Below are positions 1-8,492 of a stretch of 64,000 bases of DNA, piece by piece (within the stretch, counting starts at the first letter, position 1; each line of letters opens with the position of its first letter). The notes under the pieces were generated by a model. It did not search any database. It saw only the letters and a program-made list of their open reading frames with translations, and had not been told where the DNA came from. Source of the DNA: a virus. Lineage: Duplodnaviria; Caudoviricetes. The stretch is taken from the IMG/VR virus record IMGVR_UViG_3300031578_000021, positions 1,060 to 65,059 of that record; one strand, given 5' to 3'. Both the position numbers and the translations under genes were made by a program.

Positions 1-379
1 AGCTAAAGACCTTAAGACTTGCAAGTTTCCAAATCGAGGGGGAATTAATCGAGGAGAAAATGATACAAGGTTCACTAGATATCAACCTCCCGTTGATAAG
101 TTTATTTCCCGTGGGGTTGATAAAGTGATTATTGGGGATATGTAATCCCTCCGACCAAAGGGCGGTGCCTAGCGCTCTAGACATTCAATAGGGGAGATTA
201 AAATGTACAACTGGTTTAGAAATACGTATTTCGACCTCCCATATGCAATTACGGAATTGCTTATCTCAAATATGGTAGTTGAAAACCTCTCCCATGAAAC
301 TGCGTGTCAAATAGCATCAACTCTTCGAACAAGGTTTATACAGGAGCAGATAAATGTTGGGGGAGATGGGATTTAGGCG

Positions 380-1002
380 GTGCCTCGCAATCCGAAGTTT
401 CACTTAAGGAATAAAACCATGCTTAAAATTTCCATAGAGCCTACTGAACGGGAAAAGTCCTTAAGAGATATTTATGGCGATCCGAAGGAAGAATGGAAAC
501 AGATTGAGCGGGAATTTCTATTACTTCAATTTCGTATGAAGCAAGAAGAGTTGATATTTAAGGCAAATAAAAATGACTCGGATTGAACTAGAAACTTATA
601 TAACCTCTCTTCGCGTCCAAGTAAGACAAACGATGCAAAGGGAAGCGCAAAGCACGCATAGGCCAATTGCCTTTGGCGTAGTACCAAATACCCACGCGGC
701 GGGTTATATGAATTGCCTAGATACGATTGAAATGCTTCTCCGAGATAAGTTCAACGAACACGATAAGTTTATGAAAGTCATTCTTGGGGATGGAGTGGAA
801 TTGTTGGGTAGATTTTAAGATGGCTAAAGTAAAATCCCTTTGGGAAGATAAATATAATGCCGTGGCGGACCATTACCATTCCGCTTTGGCGGATGGACTT
901 TCCAAAGACACCGCCCTTAGCCACGCCGAGAATGAACTTAAAGCCCTTGGCTTCTATGGGGAACGGTTGAAGGATGAACTTGAAATCCTAGCGGAAGACT
1001 AA
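380..1002 (+). CDS. three small overlapping early hypothetical proteins (380/419-586, 573-818, ~820-1002)
   Basis: Tightly packed, co-oriented short ORFs; no recognisable motif. Confidence 0.6.
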
Positions 1003-1135
1003 TCTTAACCATGCAGCGGCGTTGAAAATCGCGGAAACGCCCGAAGCCGATGCAAAGTCACGCTGCAACGTGGTGAAGCGGATAGGCCCTTGCAGGGGAG
1101 CTGGAGTAGCGACCAGCCTGCATGGTTAAGATTAG
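999..1135 (+). ncRNA. tRNA-like structured RNA, element 1
   Basis: Perfect 18-bp terminal stem (999-1016/1118-1135), 2-nt linker, D-like arm GCGTT/AACGC (1019-1040), T-like arm GCTGG-AGTAGCGA-CCAGC (1100-1117) adjoining the terminal stem. Confidence 0.65.
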
Positions 1136-1161
1136 AACTTTGTTCTTTCTCATTGTAAGAA

Positions 1162-1258
1162 TAGCGCTGCGTCCCTATACGCGATTAGGGATTTCCGCCA
1201 TGGATATGGACGGTTGATAAGTTAGCAGCCATCGTCCTAATGAATTCAACCAGCGCTA
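1162..1258 (+). ncRNA. closed structured RNA, element 2
   Basis: TAGCGCTG/CAGCGCTA terminal stem enclosing hairpins TCCCTA/TAGGGA and GGACG..CGTCC; no plus-strand ORF. Confidence 0.45.
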
Positions 1259-1283
1259 ACGTTATTTGACATTTGTAAATTAT

Positions 1284-1372
1284 GGTATGGAGTAGTTGGC
1301 CCAGCCGCTTGCATACGGGGCTGCAGCCTTGAGATACCCTTAAGGCTAAAGTGAAAGATGCAAGCCCATACC
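1284..1372 (+). ncRNA. pseudoknotted structured RNA, element 3
   Basis: GGTATGG/CCATACC terminal stem; loop GCTTGCAT (1307-1314) pairs with ATGCAAGC (1358-1365); CAGCC/GGCTG and AGCCTT/AAGGCT stems. Confidence 0.5.
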
Positions 1373-1467
1373 TTGGTGCGGCAGTACGGAAGGACGTACG
1401 GGCCAGCGGAACGCTCCCATGGAGCAAGGCGAATTGGGAAGTCGGTATCAAGTCCGGCCCGCACCAA
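1373..1467 (+). ncRNA. tRNA-like structured RNA, element 4
   Basis: TTGGTGCGG/CCGCACCAA terminal stem (3' arm contains ACCA), D-like GTACG-GAAGGA-CGTAC, central GCTCC-CAT-GGAGC hairpin, T-like GTCGG-TATCAAGT-CCGGC. Confidence 0.65.
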
Positions 1468-1512
1468 CCTATTCCCGTTCCCCTTGTCGTCACATGATGG
1501 CGCATTAGGATC

Positions 1513-1705
1513 GAAGTGCAGAAGCCTGTAGCCTCGAACGCAATCAAGCTATTAGGTGAGAGAACAGGCAACCTTGGCGAAATCGGCCCTTACCACGCCC
1601 ACCATAGGGCCTATGTGGAAGGGATGCCCCGAGTCGATTGGCAACGCGAGGTTCAAAGTCCCAAGGCATAGGGACAAGTTAGGCTGGCGACCTAACCTGC
1701 ACTTC
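1513..1705 (+). ncRNA. extended cloverleaf RNA, element 5
   Basis: GAAGTGCAG/CTGCACTTC terminal stem, GCCTGT/ACAGGC arm, long central arm, T-like GTTAGG-CTGGCGA-CCTAAC adjoining the terminal stem. Confidence 0.55.
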
Positions 1706-1713
1706 TTAGTTTT

Positions 1714-1820
1714 TTAGGAAAGGACTGGAACGTCGATCGGAGGCGTTGACTTTAATACCAAGTGTATCCGATACGCACTTTGGGTTGGTCGGTGGGTTAA
1801 ACCATTCCCAGCTTTCCTAA
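1714..1820 (+). ncRNA. closed multi-arm RNA, element 6
   Basis: TTAGGAAAG/CTTTCCTAA plus CTGG/CCAG stems enclosing three hairpins. Confidence 0.45.
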
Positions 1821-1822
1821 TT

Positions 1823-1905
1823 GACGGAACACTGGCCCGGTGGCTCGGAAAAGGTCAAGGGCTCATGCGTCAATAAAAGGCGCAGTAGTAGACCCCGAGT
1901 CCGTC
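1823..1905 (+). ncRNA. pseudoknotted structured RNA, element 7
   Basis: GACGGA/TCCGTC terminal stem; loop CTCGG can pair with CCGAG next to the 3' arm; TGCGTC/GGCGCA hairpin. Confidence 0.45.
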
Positions 1906-1924
1906 TAACTTTTGGAGATTTATC

Positions 1925-2197
1925 ATGAAAACCCTAACCATCTTAACTTTTGCCCTTCTTCTATCCTCTTGTTCTGGTGATCCAGCCAAGGAACTATGTC
2001 TCCGTCAAACTGGAGAATATAACCTTTCCTGTTGGTCCGAACAATCGAAGGAGCCTTTTTGGGCTGCAGTCGCCCGAGTTGGAAGGGAAAAGGAAAGACT
2101 AGATTATCTTAGGAAGAATGCAAGAAGCCCTTCTAACTATTCCTTCACCTGTATGACTGAAAGTGGAACGGATTTCATTACGACGAGTTGTTACTAA
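1925..2197 (+). CDS. putative lipoprotein
   Basis: MK + hydrophobic stretch + LSSC lipobox; GGAG RBS. Confidence 0.6.
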   Translation: MKTLTILTFALLLSSCSGDPAKELCLRQTGEYNLSCWSEQSKEPFWAAVARVGREKERLDYLRKNARSPSNYSFTCMTESGTDFITTSCY

Positions 2198-2228
2198 CCC
2201 TTCAACCTTACTTTAGGGGAGCCCTAAA

Positions 2229-2615
2229 ATGTTCAACCAAACCAAAGTTCACGGAGAAGTTACGCTTCAATCTCTTTTGGAAAAGATGGAAGAGACCTTT
2301 TCTAACAAACCGTATGGGAAGGATGATCCTCTACCAACCATTACGCTCTTTACATCCAGTGAGAGGTTTGGGGTAGAGGTTTATTCTTTTACCCCAGAAA
2401 CATACATTAAAATGTCCCATACCAATGTAGGACTTTTTATCTATGACCTGTTAATACACTCTCTTCATGACAGCCTTGTGGGTTATTACAAAGGGTCCAG
2501 CCGTTCACTTCAAGATATGGGAATAATCCCAAACACCTACAACGGACGGAAAACCTTTTTTACCCTCTATGATGCGGTCAACTGGATCAAGCAGTCTGAG
2601 GGAAAGGAAGATTAG
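2229..2615 (+). CDS. hypothetical protein
   Basis: 128-aa ORF with GGGGAG RBS. Confidence 0.6.
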   Translation: MFNQTKVHGEVTLQSLLEKMEETFSNKPYGKDDPLPTITLFTSSERFGVEVYSFTPETYIKMSHTNVGLFIYDLLIHSLHDSLVGYYKGSSRSLQDMGIIPNTYNGRKTFFTLYDAVNWIKQSEGKED

Positions 2616-2731
2616 CCAGCATATTCTATATTCATCCCCCAACTCTGCTGGCTATGGTTGGGGCGTCTTATCGGAGCGAGATTATATTAGGCCAGTCTAT
2701 CCGATACCCTGGGCTGGCCACGTTCGGGAAA

Positions 2732-2793
2732 TACCTCTGATGAGCCCTTATCAAGGAAAGGGCGAAACCGCCTAGCGGTCAGGTAGGGCCTTG
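2732..2793 (+). ncRNA. type I hammerhead ribozyme
   Basis: Stem I TACCT(2732-36)/AGGTA(2781-85); core CTGATGA 2737-43; stem II GCCCTT/AAGGGC; GAAA 2764-67; stem III CCGC/GCGG; GTC cleavage triplet ending 2780; loop II CAAGG can pair with CCTTG 2789-93. Confidence 0.9.
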
Positions 2794-2949
2794 GAAGTGG
2801 GTTTGGTCCATTACCGAAGGGTATGTTTTGAGGTTAGGTTAGCTACCTTAATCAGATATACTCAGGCAAACCGGGATGCATAACGGGGCAAAACTTCCTC
2901 GATTTTTATATTAGTTATATCATTTGCTTAAACCTTATCGGAGATAATC

Positions 2950-3492
2950 ATGACCACAAAGCTCACAATCACCGAGGCCCTTGCCGAACTCAAGACCATT
3001 TCCAAGCGTATCAATAAAAAGAAAGAATTTATCCTCACCTACCTCCTCCGCCAGGACGCTTTCAAAGACCCCCTTGAGAAGGATGGGGGCTCCGTATCTG
3101 CAATCGCGGCGGAAACCCAATCCATTCGGGATCTGGAGTCCCGCGCCATTGGTATCCGCATGGCGATCACCAACGCCAACCTGCAAACCCAAGTGACTGT
3201 TGGGGATGTTCCGAATTCCATTGCGGAGTGGCTCATTTGGCGCCGTGATATCGCCCCCGGTCGGCAGGAATTCAACAAAACCCTCCGTGATCGTATCGCC
3301 CGCACAAGGCAAGAGGCGACGAAGAAGGGCCTCTCTGTTGGGGCGGTTGGTGAAATCACCAAGCCGGATGATGTTATCGTTAACTTGAATGAAAAGACCC
3401 TCGCTGCCGAAGCGGAGAAGCTTGAACAGCTTCTTGGGGACTTGGATGGGCAACTGTCGCTGAAGAATGCGACGACGTTTGTGGAGGTTTAG
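2950..3492 (+). CDS. DIP1984/septicolysin-like coiled-coil protein
   Basis: Pattern ITEAL..K...KRI / AI..AN..T / SIAEWL..R / L..LD.QL...NATT recalls this family; strong GGAG RBS, C-ending codon bias. Confidence 0.65.
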   Translation: MTTKLTITEALAELKTISKRINKKKEFILTYLLRQDAFKDPLEKDGGSVSAIAAETQSIRDLESRAIGIRMAITNANLQTQVTVGDVPNSIAEWLIWRRDIAPGRQEFNKTLRDRIARTRQEATKKGLSVGAVGEITKPDDVIVNLNEKTLAAEAEKLEQLLGDLDGQLSLKNATTFVEV

Positions 3493-3518
3493 TCGTGCCT
3501 CAAAAAGATCGTACTGTA

Positions 3519-3749
3519 ATGAACGAATGCTGGTCCTGCCAGCATAAACGAGAGGTTCCTGGAAATTATCATATCAGATGTGTAAAGCCGGACCCTGATA
3601 TGAAAGGTAACGAACACGGCATTAGAAAGGGCTGGTTCATGTATCCGTTTCTTTTCGATCCAACATGGAAAGAAAAGCTTTGTAACAACTATCAGAAGAT
3701 CGAAGATGCGAACAGTGCAGTTAGTGGCTCAGTAAGCGGCGCGGTGTAA
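3519..3749 (+). CDS. small Cys/Trp-rich hypothetical protein
   Basis: CxxC..H.xC and GWFxYPxxFDPxW..C motifs, possible metal binding; start could be GTG 3495. Confidence 0.6.
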   Translation: MNECWSCQHKREVPGNYHIRCVKPDPDMKGNEHGIRKGWFMYPFLFDPTWKEKLCNNYQKIEDANSAVSGSVSGAV

Positions 3750-3859
3750 GGCCCGATCACACGGCAGGCCAGTAGGTATAACTGAAAACTTGTCAAGGGC
3801 ATTGTAAGTCGTCCAGTTAGTAGTCCAGTCAGTCACGACGAGTAGCATCAAATTGATTT

Positions 3860-4144
3860 GCCTTCTTAGCGAAGTGGGAAAATGTTAAGACCAATGGTAG
3901 CTCATTTGGATAGAGCAACGGACTTCTAATCCGTGTGTAGCGGGTTCAACTCCCGTCCACAACAGCCAATTCTTAAAAGCTTAGGGCTGGCAACCCACCA
4001 AAAAGGTTAGAAGGTCAGCTATTCAAAGACGAGGAGCTCAGGTCTGAAAGTTAGACAAAATCCGTCGGTTATCTGGTTCTTGCAGAGATGTAAGAAATGC
4101 TTGCTTAACGAAGTATTCCCAGGATGATGGCTGCTAAGTAGGGC
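3860..4144 (+). ncRNA. ~285-nt structured RNA containing a tRNA-like domain
   Basis: Ends pair in a nested, interrupted helix: GCCT/GGGC, CTTAGC(3865-70)/GCTAAG(4133-38), TGGGAA(3875-80)/TTCCCA(4116-21), GTTAAG/CTTAAC; internal hairpins. Confidence 0.65.
3891..3968 (+). tRNA. tRNA-Arg(TCT)-like domain with a broken acceptor stem
   Basis: D arm GCTC/GAGC, anticodon arm ACGGA-CTTCTAA-TCCGT, T arm GCGGG-TTCAACT-CCCGT intact; only 3 of 7 acceptor pairs (TGG/CCA). Confidence 0.75.
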
Positions 4145-4178
4145 GTTATTATATAATGTTTGGTAGGGGTATTCTACA

Positions 4179-4445
4179 ATGCACCAAAACGATATTGATA
4201 AAGAAGTATTAGCAAAAATGCGAAAACATTTTGGAATACCGGATGCAACTTCAAATGAGGATGTTTTAAAAGTCACTAAGGATACACTTATATTTGCTCA
4301 AGTTAGATTACAGCTTGCCTTTCGGCATCTCTTCTACGACGCCCTTAAACCACTTATCTTAAGTGCTAGGTTTCTTGAACATTTCTTTTATGCAATTCTT
4401 ATAATGATTTGTTTAGTTCTTATCTATGAACGTTTCGGCGCATAG
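4179..4445 (+). CDS. hypothetical membrane protein
   Basis: C-terminal hydrophobic helix. Confidence 0.55.
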   Translation: MHQNDIDKEVLAKMRKHFGIPDATSNEDVLKVTKDTLIFAQVRLQLAFRHLFYDALKPLILSARFLEHFFYAILIMICLVLIYERFGA

Positions 4446-4512
4446 CGCAGCCTGGTAGCGCGTCGCGTTTGGGACGCGAAGGTCGCAGGTTCAAATCCTG
4501 CTGCGCCGACCA
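4436..4512 (+). tRNA. tRNA-Pro(TGG)
   Basis: Full cloverleaf: CGGCGCA/TGCGCCG acceptor, TTTGGGA anticodon loop, GGTTCAAATCC, encoded CCA. Confidence 0.95.
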
Positions 4513-4710
4513 AACTTAGGGGAAGATTATGGAAAAGACAAGACGAGAAATTATCCTTGACACAATCAAAGAACTAGTCCCCGACCCTCTTTACTACGAC
4601 CCTAAAATAGAAGAAGCACTATACAACAATGAAATATCTATCGAGGATATGGTCATTGCCTTTAGACATGCTCTTAAAGAAGGTACGGGAAGCTGATAGG
4701 AGTAATCGCT

Positions 4711-5124
4711 ATGCAAACCTTCCTCCCCTACCCCAGCTTCAGCCAAACCGCTAAATGCCTAGACTATCGGAGATTGGGAAAGCAACGCATCGAGGCAAAG
4801 CAAATTCTTCAGACCCTTCTCGGCGAGTCGGATGGATGGAAGAACCATCCTGCAGTTAAGATGTGGCGAGGCTATAGTTCTGCCCTAGCCCGATATGGTT
4901 TCGACATTTGCGTTGAGTGGGTAGCCCGAGGCTATAAGGATAACCAACGAAATTGGTTCTTTGAGAAGATGTTTTATCCGGGCGTTGAAAATCCTCCTTG
5001 GTTAGGAGATCCCGTCTTTCACGCATCGCATCGTTCCAACCTTCTCCGGAAAGCCCCTGAATGGTATGGGCAATTTGGATGGACAGAGCCAAACGATCTT
5101 TCTTATATTTGGCCAGTAATTTAA
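4711..5124 (+). CDS. pyrimidine-dimer DNA glycosylase (endonuclease V / MSMEG_6728-like)
   Basis: MQTFLPY, LDxRRLGKQRxEAxQ, HPAVKMW, PPWLG..FHASHRSNLLRK motifs. Confidence 0.85.
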   Translation: MQTFLPYPSFSQTAKCLDYRRLGKQRIEAKQILQTLLGESDGWKNHPAVKMWRGYSSALARYGFDICVEWVARGYKDNQRNWFFEKMFYPGVENPPWLGDPVFHASHRSNLLRKAPEWYGQFGWTEPNDLSYIWPVI

Positions 5125-5370
5125 TTTAGAAATTTTTTATGGAGTATCATATATGACAATCCAAGAATTGATTCTCGAGCTTTGCAAAAATGAAAATCTA
5201 CAAAAAACAGTATACATCCAAACTCCAAACGGTATTGTATCACAGTTAAAAAAAATAGAAGAAATTCTTATACAAGATATTAATGACTCTTTTTCTGGGG
5301 CTTTAATGCTAACAGGAGAATCTATTAGAACCTTTAAAGAACTTTAAGCTCTACATTAGGTAAGACGAAA

Positions 5371-5619
5371 ATGAAACTAAAAAACATAAACCTAAGCCCA
5401 ATCCAAGAAACCATCCTACGGTGCCTAATGTGTCGGCCAATAACCTCCATTGATGAATTAATCCAAGAGGTCTACCAAAACCCAAACCTAGAACCGGATA
5501 GCACTAAAAGAAATCTTAGAGTTATAATCTTTAGGCTTAGGAAGAAATTAAAGGTAATAGGTTGGAACATCATAACCTTCCCCACGCGGGGATATGGAAT
5601 TGAAAAGGCTTCGCGCTAG
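5371..5619 (+). CDS. stand-alone winged HTH (OmpR/PhoB C-terminal-like)
   Basis: LSPxQ..IL..L, L.V.I.RLRKKL, I.T...RGY pattern. Confidence 0.75.
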   Translation: MKLKNINLSPIQETILRCLMCRPITSIDELIQEVYQNPNLEPDSTKRNLRVIIFRLRKKLKVIGWNIITFPTRGYGIEKASR

Positions 5620-5720
5620 ACCTCGGCGCGGAGGCACCAAGGGGGTTTGAGGAAATTCTAGTTTAAACCTCCCCTGGCTAGGACAGTACTTGCCCCCTTG
5701 GTGTTCTTTTAAGGATAGTT

Positions 5721-6053
5721 ATGAGCCCCTTCGACCTATCAATAATAATCGACAAGCCCAATTGGCGGGAAGCGCGGGATGAAATAAAAGCCATCCTTCT
5801 ATCTAACCCTAAAATAACCTTCGATCTAACCTTAAAGGTCTTACAATGCTTCTTAGAAAACCCCCTAGTAACGGAAGAATGTATAAGCTTCACCCTATGG
5901 CGTCCTAAAGACGTACCCGAATTTCCCCACGACAACATAAAACAACACATAAGCGTACTTAGAAAAACCTTTAGAAAATACGACATTCATTTTAGAAATT
6001 TAGGCTACAAAAGTGGATGGACAATAGAAAAGGGGAATGGACATTATGACTAG
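5721..6053 (+). CDS. possible second winged-HTH protein
   Basis: IKQHISVLRK...I......SGWTI resembles the recognition helix and wing. Confidence 0.5.
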   Translation: MSPFDLSIIIDKPNWREARDEIKAILLSNPKITFDLTLKVLQCFLENPLVTEECISFTLWRPKDVPEFPHDNIKQHISVLRKTFRKYDIHFRNLGYKSGWTIEKGNGHYD

Positions 6054-8189
6054 CCAAGCCAGTGAAAGAATTATGGCCGACATGGAAAAGAAGATGACGA
6101 TGGATGCGATTGAGATGTTTACGCGTAATGCGGAGGTGTTCTCTTTCGTAGCCGATAGGGTGGAATTTACAACTGCCTGTTTTTGCTCCCTTGGGGTTTT
6201 GGTTGGGGTTATTGGGACGGAACTGCTTTTCTTCGGTATGACTGAGGAACAGCTTGCAGAGATAATGAGCCTTTGGACTAAGAGGACTATTATTTGTCAT
6301 AGGGAAGATGTTGCGGCGAGGGCAACAAAATGACCAAAAAGCATGTTGATTGGTTTCCGTGCTTTATGCGGGCGTATACCATTTTTAGCCCGCACGTCAG
6401 CGAATTTGATGCTTGGGACGAGGCTGTTAGCTTCGCCGAAGCGCAAATCAAAACAGAAGAGGAGGCCGAATTAAAATTCTTCCAGGAGTTTAACGAATGT
6501 AAGAATTTCGAGGATAACTAGCGGAGGACGCTTAAATGTCAGTCCAATATTGCGAACTTCACGGCAGGCATTATGACGCAGACTTCGAGCTTAACTGCAA
6601 GTTCTGCGAAGACGAAATGGCGGAAATCCTCCAAAAGATAGAAGATGGGGAGATCGATATCCTTGCAGCAGCAGAAGACCTTCTCGAACGGGGGGCCTCA
6701 TGTGAAGAGATTGAGGCTGCGGTTGGTCCTCAAAATTGGGTCTACATCTTAGGTTTTTGGGCGCAGCAATAAGCAAAAAGGAAACAAGCATCATGACCGA
6801 AGAACAAAAGGCAGCTTATATAATTGCACAGGCAGCTTGTGCAATGATCGAAGCCTTAGGGCTGCAGGCAGAAAACATTCATTTAGCCGCTGTAGGAAAG
6901 GGTACTTATGGGGAAGAGGCATTTAATGCCATTATTAATAGGTATGGCATCCATAATAATGCCTGTATTACTCTTTTCCATGATATCAGATAGGATTGTC
7001 ATGTCTCACCAAGTAGAAGCCTCTGTAGTCGTCCTAAATGGTCTAACCCTTACCGCAAGGGGTAGCCGTTGCCCGGCAGAGCCCGACGTTGGCATCATGC
7101 ACCCTTATTTCGAGGACATTGAACTCCTTTGGCCCAAGACAGGTAAACCTGTTCCCCAAAAGATGTATGATCGGGTAACAGAGGATGAATGGGATCGGGC
7201 GCAGGAAGAGCTAATGTCGGCTTCCTATTATCCGGAGGGGGATTACTAAAATGAGTATAACTTTTTTGGAAACTTATATTATTCCTGGAGATTGCGAATA
7301 TAACATTGAGGATTATGAACAAGAAGGCGAGCACTTTTTCCCAAAGAGCTATACTAATGGAAAGGTTAAACGCTTTAGACTTTGGCGTGGCGGTTGTGGT
7401 ATTGGTTCCTTCGACTCTATTGAAGAGGCCCGTAAAATGCTCAACCATTATGTAATAGAACAAAATACTGTAAACAAAGAAGTATTACTACAAAAGTTGG
7501 CTATAGTTGAAAATGTTTTGTCAGCACTTTCAGGTGATTATTTCTACCTTGGAAAATTTATGACCAACGATTAGGAAGATTACTAATGGGCTCCCATCCA
7601 AACATAACCTACGAGAAATTCCCACGTCAAGGCACGATGCTTAACGAAAAGGTCAAAGTTTGCTTCCACCATGATACGACTAAGCATTATGCGGGGATTG
7701 TAATTCGGGACGACGTTGAGGAACCATTTCGGACAATCATTCAATTGGATAATGGAAGGGTGTTGCTAGCGGAAGAGTGTCAATATGCGCTTTGGGAGTA
7801 TTAAAAGTGAACAAATCACAAACAGCCGCTTATAATACTATCCTTAAGATATTTCTTGCCCTACCTTGGGCAGATAGGGCGGAGGTCTTCTCCGCTATTA
7901 GATCAAATCCAGTATTTTGTACTGAATGTGGATATGGGGAATTAGACAGTCCTAATAAGGATTGTGGCTGTAATTGGGATATAGAATGATGCAACCTATC
8001 TGTCCAAAGTGTGGAAGTGTTAAAGTCCACCCCCAAGGAAGCCAGGGAGTTTGTGACGAAACTGACTGTGGCTACATAGCCCCTTGGAAGAGCTTTAAGA
8101 AAGCACCACTAGAGCCGCATTATGAAAAACCCTGCAACACGAAATGGCGTGATCCAGTCGCATTAAGTATGGATGGGTATGATGAATAG
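6046..8189 (+). other. run of ~9 small hypothetical early genes
   Basis: Abutting short ORFs with RBSs, several with CxxC motifs. Confidence 0.6.
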
Positions 8190-8265
8190 CCCTCATAGCT
8201 TAATTGGTTAGAGCTTCGGACTCATAATCCGCAGGTTCCAGGTTCGAGTCCTGGTGGGGGCACCA
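8189..8265 (+). tRNA. tRNA with CAT anticodon (Ile2-like or elongator Met)
   Basis: GCCCTCA/TGGGGGC acceptor, CTCATAA loop, GGTTCGAGTCC, CCA end; lacks initiator features. Confidence 0.9.
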
Positions 8266-8492
8266 ATCTTTGAGACTAAAATGGAAATTTCATGTCTTTG
8301 ACAATGGAGAGTTATAATGCCAACCGAAATCAAGCAATGGACTGTCGAGCTAATCTCCGACTTCCGCGAGACCTTCCGCAAATCCCTAATCTTCCATATC
8401 TTCAAAACAACGGAGGATAAACTAGGTATTTGGGAGCATCGTGGAGGACGTAAATTCAAAGGCCATATCGGCCTACCTTGGATTAATGAGTA

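Noticed and set aside
999-1905. Single large ornate RNA (GOLLD/ROOL-like) or CRISPR array
   Set aside because: The pairings I can see close locally into separate units, and there are no identical direct repeats with spacers. A covariance search is still needed to exclude known families.
2855-2900. c-di-GMP-I riboswitch-like GGCAAACC...GGGGCAAAA
   Set aside because: No GNRA-capped first stem or convincing second stem; similarity is partial
3860-4144. Y RNA (YrlA) or tmRNA
   Set aside because: No Ro60-binding stem consensus or Ro60 gene seen; a full anticodon arm is present and no tag reading frame is evident
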